A stretch of 64,000 nucleotides of DNA from Minisyncoccota bacterium (GCA_028697455.1 JAQVEZ010000002.1:25486-89485), one strand, 5' to 3'. Counted from the first letter of the stretch, positions 39,813 to 48,092 are shown. Numbers and translations are program-made. The notes: generated by a model from the sequence alone, not told the origin.

Positions 39813-39850
39813 TCAAAAAACCCGAGACAGTTTTGTTTCGGGTTTCTTTT
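39813..39850. terminator. Bidirectional terminator between 39201..39779 and cca
   Basis: AAACCCGAgacagttttgtTTCGGGTTTCTTTTT. Confidence 0.55.
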
Positions 39851-39961
39851 TAATCTACCTTATGTTTTCGGTGAAGTTTTTTATTTCTTCTTGTTCTAAC
39901 ATTTCTTTTTGTTCTTTCCCTCTAAATTTATAAATAAATCGAGCGACACCAAAAGGATATT

Positions 39962-41473
39962 TTATACTTTGTGTTTTCTGTGTAACTTCTTAACTTCCTC
40001 CTGTTCCAAAATATCCTTTTGGTGTTTAGCCTGCTCACCAAGCTCTTGCAATTCTGTATCAGACAATTCATCAAATGCTCGCACTCGTGGCTCCAAGTAC
40101 TCACGGGTGTTTTTTGTTGGGTCTTCAAGAACCTCTTCAAGAAGTGCGTGCAGTATCCACCCCATCCTTTTACCCGGTTTCATCCCCATTTCACCAATCA
40201 TAATATCACCATTAATTTTGAGCATCCCAACACTAATGGGGTCGCGTAAGACTTCTTCAATCATTGCATGATATTTCCGCAAGCGATATGGTTTTTCTTT
40301 TGGACGCCCTGTTCCGATACGATCACAGGTTCGCAAATCCATAAGGTCCCAAATCATTTCTTCTCCAACATTTGCAACCATACGACGAACAGCTGACAAA
40401 GTAATCGCATCCGGATCAGAAAAAAACATATGATAGCGGACGAGCTTTTCTACCTTATCAGAAAGCTCCTTAGGAAATTTTAATCGCTTCATAATATCAC
40501 GTGACATATTGGCTCCGATAACTTCGTGCCCATAGAACGTCCACTCTTTGGTTCCTCGTCCATTTGCTTTTCGTCGTGATCGAGGTTTCCCAATGTCATG
40601 AAACAATGCTGCAAGTTTCACATGAAGTGAGTAAGATTTGTTAACAGCATGTTCAAAAGACTTGAGATTATGCTCAAAGACATCATAGATATGCGCTCCC
40701 CCTTGGTCACAATTGATCCCCTCTTCAAGTTCAGGAACAATCAATGAAAGCATGGTGATCTTCTGCATTAACAAAATTCCATCAACAGCATAATCAGCAT
40801 CAATCAATTTCAAAAACTCATCACGAATACGTTCGGGTGAAACATGTTTCATGAGAGGAATATTTTTTCTCAAAGAACTCAGAGTTTCTGTTTCACAAAT
40901 GAAACCGAGTTGCGCAGAAAAACGCACAGCACGCATCATGCGAAGGGCATCCTCAGAAAAACGTTCATCAGGATTTCCAACGGTACGAATAACTCCATTT
41001 TCAATATCATGAATTCCTTCATATTTATCAATCAAGGTTTCAGAAAAAGGATCGTACGCAAGGGCGTTCATCGTAAAATCTCGCCGCTTTAAATCTTCGG
41101 ATATGTGAGTACTGAAGGAAACCGTATCAGGTCTCCGCTTGTCGCTATAGTGTCCTTCACTACGATAAGGAGTAATCTCAATGGCATAATCAGGGGTGTC
41201 TTTTTCAAGCTCCTTATTAATAATACCGACTGTTCCAAAATTATTTTCATAGACAACTCGCCGATCAGTTTGTTCAAAGATAGCAATAATCTGTTCTGGA
41301 GTTGCATTGGTGGTGATATCCCAGTCATGAGGATTTTTTTTCATGATAAGATCCCGAACACACCCACCAACGATAAAACCTTCATAACCATTATTATGAA
41401 GTTGTTCAAGTGTCCAAAGAACATTTTTTGGAATATTTTTTTTTGAAATCGTCTTTTGTCGACTCATACTCAA
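39962..41473 (-). CDS. cca: CCA-adding tRNA nucleotidyltransferase / poly(A) polymerase family with HD domain
   Basis: FIVGGCVRDLIMKK...DWDITT (PolB-type NTase head), RRDFTMNALAYD, HD-domain motif HDIGKP. Confidence 0.8.
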   Translation of the reverse strand: MSMSRQKTISKKNIPKNVLWTLEQLHNNGYEGFIVGGCVRDLIMKKNPHDWDITTNATPEQIIAIFEQTDRRVVYENNFGTVGIINKELEKDTPDYAIEITPYRSEGHYSDKRRPDTVSFSTHISEDLKRRDFTMNALAYDPFSETLIDKYEGIHDIENGVIRTVGNPDERFSEDALRMMRAVRFSAQLGFICETETLSSLRKNIPLMKHVSPERIRDEFLKLIDADYAVDGILLMQKITMLSLIVPELEEGINCDQGGAHIYDVFEHNLKSFEHAVNKSYSLHVKLAALFHDIGKPRSRRKANGRGTKEWTFYGHEVIGANMSRDIMKRLKFPKELSDKVEKLVRYHMFFSDPDAITLSAVRRMVANVGEEMIWDLMDLRTCDRIGTGRPKEKPYRLRKYHAMIEEVLRDPISVGMLKINGDIMIGEMGMKPGKRMGWILHALLEEVLEDPTKNTREYLEPRVRAFDELSDTELQELGEQAKHQKDILEQEEVKKLHRKHKV

Positions 41474-41541
41474 TATAGTATAGACTTTTCGAGCTAGAAC
41501 AAGAAGCTCTTATTCAGAGCCAAGAGTGGTATACTACAAGC

Positions 41542-43299
41542 ATGATACATTATGAGGAAGTTAAGAAAGCTCTCGAAAATATTTTAGAAGGAGAGGTTTC
41601 ACAAGAAAAAAAAGATTTAGAAAATGCCAGTACTGATTGGAGCTTGTTCAAGATACAACCCGATCTCGTGGTATATCCCAAAAGCGCAAAAGACATTCAA
41701 AACCTCGTTCAGTATGTAAATAATTACAACCAAAATTCAGAACAAAAACTCACCCTGACTCCCCGAGCAGCGGGTTCTGATATGTCAGGAGGTCCGCTCA
41801 ATCATTCAATTATTGTCGATGTTACACGGTACATGAATCATATCGGAGAAATTAAGCTTGGTGATTTTGGAACACAAGAACACCGCGCTGGTTTCCCATA
41901 TTCAATTGCTGGAAAGGTTCGCGTGGAACCAGGAACAAAATATATTCCTTTTGAAGAAACAACACTCAAAAAAAATCTCCTTATGCCAACCTTCCCTGCT
42001 TCTCGCAAACTTGCTGCCGTCGGAGGTATGGTTGCCAACAACGGTGCTGGTGAGAAATCTTTCAAGTACGGCCAAAATAAGGATTTCGTAAATATGCTCA
42101 GTGTCGTACTTGCGGACGGAAACGAGTACGAGATCAAGCCATGGGATTACGCTGAGCTTCAATCTGTTATCGCTCAAGAAAATTTTCTTGGTAAGGTGTC
42201 ATCCGAAATCTTTTCACTTGTTGAAAAAAACTGGGAACTTATCCAATCCAAAAAACCACAAACAACAAAAAACTCTTCGGGGTATCTTCTTTGGAATATC
42301 ATCAGCGCAGCATCGATTGAGGATTTCAAAAAAGGAATTGGTTTTTTTGACCTCACAAAATTATTTGTAGGAGCTCAAGGGACAACGGGAATCATTACTG
42401 AAATTGAATACAAACTCATTCCCTATGAATCCAAAGAAGAGATGCTCGTGATTTTTGTAAATGATATTTATGATCTTCCAAAAATTGTTGAGATTTTCAA
42501 ATCTCACGACCTTGATACTATCGAACTTTACGACGATCACACTTTTAAAATTGGAATAAAATTCTTCAAAGATTTTATTAAGGATAAAGGATTCTTTGAT
42601 GCCCTTCGTTATGTATTAAGATTCGTTCCAGAATTCTGGAGAGCGCTTACCGGAGGAATACCAAAATTTATTATCCTCGGGGAAAGCGCTGACAAAGAAA
42701 GTAAACAGGTACACCTCGAAACCCTCAAAGCTCTCAAAGATATTCAAACAAACCTGCCTCATGCAAATGCCTTTCTTGCAACGGGAAGGTCTGCACAAAA
42801 ATATTGGGACTTCAGACATGATAGTTTTAAACTCCTTACCGAGCACAGTAAAAAAGCACGAAACGCTGGGGCCGGAACTCGTACTGCTCCCTTCATCGAT
42901 GATATTGCTATCCGCGCAGAGCACCTTCCAGAATATCTTCCTCGTCTCACCACCATATTAGATGAGTACAAAAAAGATTTTATGTATACCATTGCAGGAC
43001 ACCTTGGGGATGGGAACTTTCATATTGTTCCTATCGTTGATATGTTTGACGAAAAGAATAAAAAACGAATTCTCGAAATCTCAGAAAGAGTTTATGATCT
43101 CGTTATTGAATATGAAGGAACGATTACTGCCGAGCACAATGACGGAATTATCAGAACCCCCTTCCTTCCTCAAATGTTTGGAGACGATATGATGGCAGTC
43201 TTCAAGGAAACAAAAAAAATACTCGATCCAAAAAATATTTTCAACCCAGGCAAAAAAGTTGGTATGACCAAAGACGATATTGAAAAATATTTGGCATAA
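41542..43299 (+). CDS. FAD-linked oxidase (GlcD / D-lactate dehydrogenase-like, PCMH fold)
   Basis: TPRAAGSDMSGGPLNHSIIVDV (FAD_binding_4), C-terminal FAD-oxidase_C-like domain; 585 aa. Confidence 0.7.
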   Translation: MIHYEEVKKALENILEGEVSQEKKDLENASTDWSLFKIQPDLVVYPKSAKDIQNLVQYVNNYNQNSEQKLTLTPRAAGSDMSGGPLNHSIIVDVTRYMNHIGEIKLGDFGTQEHRAGFPYSIAGKVRVEPGTKYIPFEETTLKKNLLMPTFPASRKLAAVGGMVANNGAGEKSFKYGQNKDFVNMLSVVLADGNEYEIKPWDYAELQSVIAQENFLGKVSSEIFSLVEKNWELIQSKKPQTTKNSSGYLLWNIISAASIEDFKKGIGFFDLTKLFVGAQGTTGIITEIEYKLIPYESKEEMLVIFVNDIYDLPKIVEIFKSHDLDTIELYDDHTFKIGIKFFKDFIKDKGFFDALRYVLRFVPEFWRALTGGIPKFIILGESADKESKQVHLETLKALKDIQTNLPHANAFLATGRSAQKYWDFRHDSFKLLTEHSKKARNAGAGTRTAPFIDDIAIRAEHLPEYLPRLTTILDEYKKDFMYTIAGHLGDGNFHIVPIVDMFDEKNKKRILEISERVYDLVIEYEGTITAEHNDGIIRTPFLPQMFGDDMMAVFKETKKILDPKNIFNPGKKVGMTKDDIEKYLA

Positions 43300-43347
43300 A
43301 CAAAAAACCAAAGCGTAACTTACACCTTGGTTTTTTAATTTCAAAAA

Positions 43348-43995
43348 TTATTTTACATTTTCAGGTCGTTGGATATTCCAAAGCCTTCTTGCTTTGGCTG
43401 CACGTCCCGCTTCAAGTCCTTTGGCCTGGAGTTTCTTTTGGTACGAACGAAGTTGCATTTGATATCGCTCATAAAAAGACTGCGCAAGAAGAGAAAGATT
43501 CTGATACAAAGGTTCAAAAAGTTTCATTTTTTGATTTCCATCCCTGTGGGCATGCTCCCAAAAATACTCTCGATACTGTTTTCCTTTTTCGATATCCATA
43601 TACCCATTACATTCTGGACACAGCGGACGATAATCACATAGAGCCTTTCCTATTTCTGCCCAAGCAATAACTCTCAAGACAAAATATTTCGTTCTATGGA
43701 GACGTGGGCTAGTAAAAACTTTTTTATCTCGTGTACGAACAATAACCCAAGCAGCATCAGATATCGCAGCATTGTTAAACGAAGATAAAATCGTCGTAAG
43801 AACAAGGCATTCATAATGATTGTTGGTGTAAGAAAAACGTATTTCTCTCCCCTCTTGAAAGCGTGGCTCCTCAAGCCCAAGTCGTTGAAAATCCTTTTCA
43901 AGATCTTGATCAGCCATCTGGTGAAATCCCAGAAAAGCGAGTGATCTAAAGAGCTCTTGAATTTGATCCTCTTGAGGTAAAAATTTCTTTGGCAT
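43348..43995 (-). CDS. Hypothetical protein with a CPEC zinc-ribbon-like motif
   Basis: 215 aa; CDYRPLCPECNGYM. Confidence 0.4.
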   Translation of the reverse strand: MPKKFLPQEDQIQELFRSLAFLGFHQMADQDLEKDFQRLGLEEPRFQEGREIRFSYTNNHYECLVLTTILSSFNNAAISDAAWVIVRTRDKKVFTSPRLHRTKYFVLRVIAWAEIGKALCDYRPLCPECNGYMDIEKGKQYREYFWEHAHRDGNQKMKLFEPLYQNLSLLAQSFYERYQMQLRSYQKKLQAKGLEAGRAAKARRLWNIQRPENVK

Positions 43996-44086
43996 ATATA
44001 ATTGTTTTGATTTAACCCCAAGGTACTATCTCGTAGGAAATTGTAAATAGGAGAATAAAAAAAACACCCCCTTAAACAGGAATGCT

Positions 44087-44115
44087 AATACTTTATGTCC
44101 ACCCGCCAGGACTCG
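44087..44115. repeat. Direct-repeat copy of the 3' end of tRNA-Arg plus 10 nt of its downstream flank. The partner copy at 44286..44314 overlaps the tRNA.
   Basis: aatActttatgtccacccgccaggactcg (44087-44115) vs aatTctttatgtccacccgccaggactcg (44286-44314): 28 of 29 nt identical, 199 bp apart. Confidence 0.6.
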
Positions 44116-44296
44116 GTCACCGTTCTGGATTTTTCTTCGAGCAAAGCTCTTGAAAAACCTCATCGCCTCGACCCCGCCGCTTGCGACAAGCACTCGCTAT
44201 CGCTCGTCTTGTATACCGCTTCGCTTTTTTCGAGCCTTGCAGGAAGACTAAAGAAAAAACCACCCATACTGACATATGAGTAGTTAATTCTTTATG

Positions 44297-44368
44297 TCCA
44301 CCCGCCAGGACTCGAACCTGGAATGACGGTTCCGAAGACCGTAGTGATATCCATTTCACCACAGGTGG
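44297..44368 (-). tRNA. tRNA-Arg (anticodon TCG)
   Basis: Minus-strand cloverleaf CCACCTG-TG-GTGAAATGGATATCAC-T-ACGGT CTTCGGA ACCGT-CATT-CCAGG TTCGAGT CCTGG-CGGGTGG-A; anticodon loop CTTCGGA; 72 nt, no encoded CCA. Confidence 0.8.
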
Positions 44369-44626
44369 AATGAATCTAGTATAAATCTATTTTGAGAAAC
44401 CGCAAGAAAAAACTCTAAAAAAGACATGTCCCAAAAAGACACTCATTTAAAGAGAAAGGGCTGTCTCTCCCGTTTTTTACAATTTATAAGCCTATTCAAG
44501 CCTGTGGATAACTTTGGGTATAGAGGGGATAAAAGACAATATTTGTTTTTTGAAAAAAGAAGTCTTTTTGTCCAATAAGCTTGCCTTTTAAGGTTTTCAG
44601 GTGGATTAATGATATAATCGTTTCAT

Positions 44627-45025
44627 ATGAAACAATTCTCCTCAGAAAAGCAGAAAATAGGTCTTTACGGGGAAAATATAGTGTCCTTATGGCTTACAAA
44701 GAACGGCTTTTCTTTAATAGAAAGGAATTATGGGACACGCTATGGAGAAATAGATATTATTGCTCAAAAAGGAGAGGTTCTTTATTTTATCGAGGTCAAA
44801 AGTATTCTTTCTGAAAATACTGATTTTGTTTCCCGTGAAACACAATATAACCCAGCTGAAAACGTTTCACGTGAAAAGATGAAAAGAATGAAGCGAACCA
44901 TTGAGATATTCTTATCAGAAAGAAAAATTCGTGGAGCATTTCAGATCGATGTCTTTGTTGTCTTTATCGACAAAAGAAGTATAAAACACAAGATAAATCG
45001 TATAGAAAACATCATCCTCCCATAG
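44627..45025 (+). CDS. yraN: YraN (UPF0102) family predicted endonuclease
   Basis: GLYGENIVSLWLTKNGFSLIERNYGTRYGEIDIIAQKGEVLYFIEVK, then RMKRTIEIFL, are the YraN signature blocks. Two parS-like palindromes lie inside the 3' part of this CDS. Confidence 0.7.
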   Translation: MKQFSSEKQKIGLYGENIVSLWLTKNGFSLIERNYGTRYGEIDIIAQKGEVLYFIEVKSILSENTDFVSRETQYNPAENVSREKMKRMKRTIEIFLSERKIRGAFQIDVFVVFIDKRSIKHKINRIENIILP

Positions 45026-45534
45026 TTTCATGTGAAACTATGAAGGTAGTGTTTCCCGTGAAACATTAAACGAGGGTATTCTTTAAAAAACCCGTCCTAT
45101 TCGATACCCTTTATTTCTCAAAGCAATACTCGATCTTAAGACCAACAGAGAAAGGCTAAAAAGTTTCATGTGAAACATCCAAAAATACCGAAAGGAATTT
45201 TAAATAAGTTGAAATTTTGTTTCACGTGGAACATATCAAGCGGATGTTTCTCGTGAAACATTCTAAAAAGAACAAAACATTCAAACAAAATGTTTCCCGT
45301 GAAACACTTTAAACAAACACTGTGAAAAAGATGTATCAACAACCCCGTGTTTCATGTGAAACACACCAAGACCAAAAGAGAAGTCCTTGCGGAAAAGCAA
45401 ACCTTGTTTCACATGAAACATAGGCAAGCAATATCTAAGGGAAATAATGATGTTTTCACGTGAAACACTTCTAAGACCAAAAATTAAACAAAGCCCTCCT
45501 TCACGGAGACAGATAATAATGTTTCACATGAAAC
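44827..45534. promoter_or_regulatory. parS: Array of about 12 parS (ParB-binding, centromere-like) 16-bp palindromes
   Basis: Sites at 44827-44842 (TGTTTCCCGTGAAACA), 44863-44878 (CGTTTCACGTGAAAAG, weaker), 45024-45039 (AGTTTCATGTGAAACT), 45050-45065 (TGTTTCCCGTGAAACA), 45162-45177 (AGTTTCATGTGAAACA), 45218-45233 (TGTTTCACGTGGAACA), 45245-45260 (TGTTTCTCGTGAAACA), 45291-45306 (TGTTTCCCGTGAAACA), 45348-45363 (TGTTTCATGTGAAACA), 45405-45420 (TGTTTCACATGAAACA), 45451-45467 (TGTTTTCACGTGAAACA, with a 1-nt insertion), 45519-45534 (TGTTTCACATGAAACA). The established parS consensus is TGTTNCACGTGAAACA. Confidence 0.85.
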
Positions 45535-45552
45535 AAAAAGAAAGACTTATCT

Positions 45553-46053
45553 ATGATATACTCAATACTAATGAGAATTCTAGAAGGAAAAGAACTCCAA
45601 AACGCAGAAAACTGGATGGGGCAAGCAGTCATCTTTGGGAAAAAGGCAAGTTGTAACCGTGCTCACTATGGATCGGTTATTGTTAAAGACGGGGAACTTA
45701 TCGGAGGTGGCTTTAACAGCCCTCCTCAAGATAAAGAATCTCAACGTAAATGCTCATATTCAAAAGGCGAGTATCACAAGAAGGTCACCGATAAAACCTG
45801 CTGTATTCATGCTGTACAACGTGCAATTATGGATGCCCTAAGAAAAAACCCAGATAAATTACCTGGATCAAGGCTTTATTTTATTCGACTTGATGATGCT
45901 GATGAAATTTCTTATGCGGGGAAACCTTACTGCACAATCTGTAGTAAAATGGCTCTTGATGCTGGTATCAAGGAATTTGTTCTTTGGCACGAAGAAGGGA
46001 TTGCTGTTTATGATACCGAAGAATATAATCTCTTGTCCTATCAATACCAGTAA
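45553..46053 (+). CDS. CMP/dCMP-deaminase-fold protein, with the catalytic Glu position occupied by Val
   Basis: CCIHAVQRAI...PYCTICSKMALDAGIKEF resembles the HxE...PCxxC zinc-binding signature, but reads H-A-V instead of H-A-E. Confidence 0.5.
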   Translation: MIYSILMRILEGKELQNAENWMGQAVIFGKKASCNRAHYGSVIVKDGELIGGGFNSPPQDKESQRKCSYSKGEYHKKVTDKTCCIHAVQRAIMDALRKNPDKLPGSRLYFIRLDDADEISYAGKPYCTICSKMALDAGIKEFVLWHEEGIAVYDTEEYNLLSYQYQ

Positions 46054-46096
46054 TTTTATTGCCGAAAAATGCAATTGTGCTATTATTGTTTGGTAA

Positions 46097-46169
46097 TCGG
46101 GGTGTGGTGTAACGGCTAACATGCTTGTTTTGGGTACAAGTGACTCCGGGTTCGAATCCCGGCTCCCCG
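46097..46169 (+). tRNA. tRNA-Pro (anticodon TGG)
   Basis: CGGGGTG-TG-GTGTAACGGCTAACA-TGCTTG TTTTGGG TACAAGT (anticodon loop TTTGGGT)-GACT-CCGGG TTCGAAT CCCGG-CTCCCCG-A; followed by a hairpin terminator (AAACATCAGATAA...TTATTTGATGTTT). Confidence 0.85.
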
Positions 46170-46367
46170 ACAGAATTTAAACATCAGATAATTATTTTAT
46201 TTGATGTTTTTATTTTGCCAGAAAGGAGATGGGATTCGAAAAAAGTCGCCTGCGAAGCCTGATGTTTGAGGCAACGAAAACATCAGTAGGCGACGGCGGG
46301 GTTGAGCGAATGAGATTATATTAAGCCTTGAAAAAGCGAAAATATAATCCATGAGGGTGACCGAACT

Positions 46368-46386
46368 CGGCTCCCCAACAAAATTT
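46368..46386. repeat. Imperfect direct-repeat copy of the tRNA-Pro 3' end (partner copy at 46159..46177, within the tRNA and its flank)
   Basis: cggctccccAacaAaattt vs cggctccccGacaGaattt (17 of 19 identical), 209 bp apart. In both this and the tRNA-Arg case the copy is preceded by GGTGACCGA. Confidence 0.5.
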
Positions 46387-46413
46387 CGACTAGCAAATAA
46401 AAACAAAAAAGGC

Positions 46414-46526
46414 TTGACTTTTTTTTTGATTCGTGTAATGTAATGAATGTGAGTGGCGAGCTACATAGGTTATTATTGAGCCATGAACATCCTGCATGAA
46501 AGGCACCCTTGGGTGCTTTTTGTGTT
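46414..46526 (+). ncRNA. Putative small RNA or short transcript: sigma70-like promoter followed by a strong intrinsic terminator, with no credible ORF
   Basis: TTGACT at 46414-46419, a -10-like TAATGT/ATGTAA about 17 nt downstream, then terminator AAAGGCACCCttgGGTGCTTTTTGTGTTT at 46498-46526. The only ORF is an 18-codon MNVSGELHRLLLSHEHPA. Confidence 0.3.
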
Positions 46527-46557
46527 TATGAGGATATGCTCGTCGTATAGCAACAGC

Positions 46558-46809
46558 TTAATACTCTAAAGAATCCTGCTCGTTCAAGCGGGATTCTGCT
46601 CCGACCTCAGCTTCTTCTTGATAAGAAGTTGGTTCGGGAACAAAATGCTCCTCTTCTACCGGATCATTATTTTGCCAAAAGAAATCAGCTTGCTCCTCTT
46701 GAGGAGCGGTCTCTATTAGATAAGTATTTTCCTTTGATTTATTTTCAAGGAAAAAATAAATACCAACAGCAAGTACTAATAATATTAAAAAGCTAAGTGT
46801 TCCTTTCAT
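46558..46809 (-). CDS. Small membrane-anchored acidic protein, hypothetical
   Basis: MKGTLSFLILLVLAVGIYFFL TM segment; start chosen at the internal ATG 46809. Confidence 0.4.
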   Translation of the reverse strand: MKGTLSFLILLVLAVGIYFFLENKSKENTYLIETAPQEEQADFFWQNNDPVEEEHFVPEPTSYQEEAEVGAESRLNEQDSLEY

Positions 46810-46883
46810 AAAAGAATATAAAATAAATACGTATCTTGAGTATAGCAAAAAAGAACACCCTTGTGTTCTTTTTTAAATATTTG

Positions 46884-46954
46884 TGCGGGTGGGGAGAATC
46901 GAACTCCCGTCCTCTGGTTGGAAGCCAGATATTCTGCCACTAAACTACACCCGC
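46884..46954 (-). tRNA. tRNA-Gly (anticodon TCC)
   Basis: Minus strand: GCGGGTG-TA-GTTTAGTGGCAGAAT-A-TCTGG CTTCCAA CCAGA-GGAC-GGGAG TTCGATT CTCCC-CACCCGC-A. Confidence 0.85.
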
Positions 46955-47035
46955 AAAATCGCGAAAGAATAATCTCTCACGAAAGCTATAGTAACAAAAA
47001 GAATTTCTTTTTGCAAGAAAAAAATAACCCTAAGG

Positions 47036-47314
47036 TTATTTTCCTGCAACAATGTCCTTTAAAGCTTTTCCGGCTTTGAACTTTGGTGCTCTTTTTGCGG
47101 CTACAGATACCATTTCTCCTGTTCGAGGGTTTCTCGCTGTGCGCGCAGCTCTCATTGAACCTTCGAATTTCCCAAATCCTGCAACATCAACAAATCCTCC
47201 TTTTGCCATTTCATTTGCAATAGTATCAAAAATAGTTTTAACCACTGCTTCTGATTGAGTCTTTGTTCCTCCGATCATTTCGTAAACGATATTTGCTAAA
47301 TCTTGTTTCTTCAT
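47036..47314 (-). CDS. hup: HU/IHF family nucleoid-associated DNA-binding protein
   Basis: GFGKFEGSMRAARTARNPRTGEMVSVAAKRAPKFKAGKALKDIVAGK is a canonical HU arm and C-terminus; 92 aa. Confidence 0.85.
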   Translation of the reverse strand: MKKQDLANIVYEMIGGTKTQSEAVVKTIFDTIANEMAKGGFVDVAGFGKFEGSMRAARTARNPRTGEMVSVAAKRAPKFKAGKALKDIVAGK

Positions 47315-47454
47315 TGTGTCTTAGAAAAGATTAGTAAGTAATAAATTATAATGAAACCTAAAAAGCTTTCACCTTGTTATTATATAATGTATTTTAAGTA
47401 CTTTACAAGGAAAAAAGATTGACATTTATATAATCTATATTTTAAAAAATATCT

Positions 47455-48036
47455 TTATTTTCTCTTTGAGATAATAGCATCAACAATTCCATACTTCTTT
47501 GCTTGTTGTGCATCGAGCCAAAAGTCCCTATCCATATCCTTTTCAATCTGTTCTTTCTTTTGTCCTGTTGCCGAAACAAGCATATCAGTAAGGATTTTTT
47601 TTGTTTTTAAAATCTGTTCAGCGGTGATAGCAATGTCTGATGCCTGTCCCTCAACACCTGTCATCGGCTGGTGAATCATTATTCGTGAATTAGGAAGAAC
47701 ATAGCGCTTTCCCTTTGCTCCTTGAGAGAGAATCATCGCCCCCATAGAAGCCGCCATTCCAATACAAACAACGGAAACGTCTGGTTTGATATAATTCATG
47801 GTATCAATCATCGCCATTCCAGCATCAACTGATCCCCCTGGTGAATTTACATAAATAGTAATGTCTTTGTTAGCATCTTCTTGTTCAAGATGAAGAAGCT
47901 GTGCCACAACACTATTTGCAAGATCGTTACTAATAACACCACTCACAAAAATAATTCTTTCTTTTAATAAACGCGAATAAATATCGTACGCACGCTCTCC
48001 TGCGTGTGTTTTTTCAATAACTGTTGGTATTAACAT
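47455..48036 (-). CDS. clpP: ATP-dependent Clp protease proteolytic subunit
   Basis: [17 protein letters not shown], catalytic region [10 protein letters not shown] (Ser), IMIHQP (His); 193 aa. Confidence 0.9.
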   Translation of the reverse strand: MLIPTVIEKTHAGERAYDIYSRLLKERIIFVSGVISNDLANSVVAQLLHLEQEDANKDITIYVNSPGGSVDAGMAMIDTMNYIKPDVSVVCIGMAASMGAMILSQGAKGKRYVLPNSRIMIHQPMTGVEGQASDIAITAEQILKTKKILTDMLVSATGQKKEQIEKDMDRDFWLDAQQAKKYGIVDAIISKRK

Positions 48037-48092
48037 ATCTGAAGTATAAACAAAAAAAAAGCCTTTTCAAGAAAAGCTTTCTCTTTAAAAAA

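Noticed and set aside
44095-44362. Short ORFs (62 aa on +, 81 aa on -) inside the tRNA-Arg-associated element
   Set aside because: They overlap a tRNA and a GC-rich structured segment. The ORFs are probably by-products of GC-rich sequence. The region is better explained as non-coding.
44503-44511. Perfect DnaA box (TGTGGATAA, i.e. TTATCCACA) about 320 bp upstream of the parS array
   Set aside because: It is a single isolated box; I found no cluster of DnaA boxes or AT-rich DUE nearby and dnaA is not in the window. That is insufficient to call oriC, though it is worth re-checking in whole-genome context.
45447-45656. 69-aa + strand ORF spanning the last parS sites
   Set aside because: It is an artefact of the repeat-rich, AT-biased array and overlaps the start of the deaminase-like gene.
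44087-46386. tmRNA (ssrA) hypothesis for the tRNA-adjacent elements
   Set aside because: There are faint resemblances: GGATTCGA near the 5' side and a tRNA-like 3' end. But the elements are only about 200 nt, lack a 5' acceptor strand able to pair with the 3' end, have no plausible tag ORF ending in hydrophobic residues plus a stop, and occur twice next to two different tRNAs.
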